This document shows, in pieces, positions 62,701 through 64,000 of a stretch of 64,000 bases of DNA. The notes beneath the pieces are model-generated. The model was given only the letters and a program-made list of their open reading frames with translations, had not been told where the DNA came from and did no database searches. The DNA comes from Nemertoderma westbladi (Eukaryota > Animalia > Xenacoelomorpha). The DNA is taken from NCBI GenBank assembly GCA_032718475.1, contig JAUCBJ010008555.1:1-64000 (forward strand), read 5' to 3'. Each line of letters opens with the position of its first letter. Positions within the stretch are counted from its first letter, which is position 1. Made by a program: the position numbers and the translations under genes.

Positions 62701-64000
62701 ACTTTCAGTATCTGACGACTGCTCCGATGTTATTATTTCCCATTTACTTTCAGTATCTGACGACTGCTCCATTGTTATTATTTCCCATTTACTTTCAGTA
62801 TCTGACGACTGCTCCGATGTTATTATTTCCCATTTACTTTCATTATCTGACGACTGCTCCGATGTTATTATTTCCCATTTACTTTCAGTATCTGACGACT
62901 GCTCCGATGTTATTTTTTCCCAAATACTTTCAGTATCTGACGACTGCTCCGATGTTATTGTTTCCCATTTACTTTCAGTATCTGGCGACTGCTCCGATGT
63001 TTTTATTTCCCATTTACTTTCAGTATCTGACACTGCTCCGATGTTATTATTTCCCATTTACTTTCAGTATCTGACGACTGCTCCATTGTTATTATTTCCC
63101 ATTTACTTTCAGTATCTGACGACTGCTCCGATGTTATTATTTCCCATTTACTTTCAGTATCTGACGACTGCTCCATTGTTATTATTTCCCATTTACTTTC
63201 AGTATCTGACGACTGCTCCGATGTTATTATTTCCCATTTACTTTCATTATCTGACGACTGCTCCGATGTTATTATTTCCCATTTACTTTCAGTATCTGAC
63301 GACTGCTCCATTGTTATTATTTCCCATTTACTTTCAGTATCTGACGACTGCTCCGATGTTATTATTTCCCATTTACTTTCAGTATCTGACGACTGCTCCG
63401 ATGTTATTATTTCCCATTTACTTTCAGTATCTGACGACTGCTCCGATGTTATTTTTTCCCAAATACTTTCAGTATCTGACGACTGCTCCGATGTTATTAT
63501 TTCCCATTTACTTTCAGTATCTGACGACTGCTCCGATGTTATTATTTCCCATTTACTTTCAGTATCTGACGACTGCTCCGATGTTATTATTTCCCATTTA
63601 CTTTCAGTATCTGACGACTGCTCCGATGTTATTATTTCCCATTTACTTTCAGTATCTGACGACTGCTCCGATGTTATTATTTCCCATTTACTTTCAGTAT
63701 CTGACGACTGCTCCGATGTTATTTTTTCCCAAATACTTTCAGTATCTGACGACTGATCCGATGTTATTGTTTCCCATTTACTTTCAGTATCTGACGACAG
63801 CTCCGATGTTATTTTTTCCCAAATACTTTCAGTATCTGACGACTGCTTCGAGGTTATTATTTCCCATTTACTTTCAGTATCTGACGACTGCTCCGATGTT
63901 ATTATTTCCCATTTACTTTCAGTATCTGACGACTGCTCCGATGTTATTATTTCCCATTTACTTTCAGTATCTGAGGACTGCTCCGATGTTATTATTTCCC
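59716..64000 (+). repeat. 45-bp minisatellite (~95 copies in window, runs off the end), probably a 3' splice acceptor plus the start of the next exon
   Basis: Unit TTATTATTTCCCATTTACTTTCAG|TATCTGACGACTGCTCCGATG: polypyrimidine tract, CAG, then phase-1 (L)SDDCSD. Confidence 0.9.

Noticed and set aside
44023-63057. Similar ~2.25-kb size of arrays 1 and 3 and of the array 4 higher-order period
   Set aside because: Array 2 is ~1.8 kb and the sample is tiny, so this cannot be told apart from coincidence or assembly effects.
59695-63311. Long ORFs on both strands (FPIYFQYLTTAPMLL / DTESKWEIITSEQSS)
   Set aside because: A stop-free 45-bp unit gives ORFs in several frames; there is no independent evidence of coding.
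44023-64000. CRISPR-like arrays
   Set aside because: Units are head-to-tail with no unique spacers, there are no cas genes, and the context is a spliceosomal intron.

Overview
AT-rich, TE-dense eukaryotic DNA, probably from an invertebrate animal. The left two-thirds holds three members of one Bel/Pao LTR-retrotransposon family: a diverged partial LTR (1-752, -), a 17.5-kb full-length copy (6127-23673, +, TSD GGGTC) and an 11.7-kb internally deleted copy (30604-42263, -, TSD TATTC). The latter two flank an intronless DIMT1 gene. Several non-autonomous TIR elements (hAT-like, MULE/foldback-like) and RTE-type LINE fragments are also present. The Bel/Pao family is atypical. It has no tRNA-type PBS; instead an 11-mer exactly complementary to a site inside the LTR suggests Tf1-like self-priming. 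It also carries a ~4.7-kb post-integrase region with a conserved ~120-nt RNA rod and a triple zinc-knuckle accessory ORF, and its copies have swapped U3 modules. The right third holds nine exons of a calcium-binding-EGF/ShKT extracellular protein gene. In this gene four separate exon-intron junctions (three donors, one probable acceptor) have each been amplified into kb-scale tandem arrays of 42, 51, 49 and 45 bp. These splice-site arrays are the most striking feature. All coordinates and alignments were read by eye; no database searches were run.
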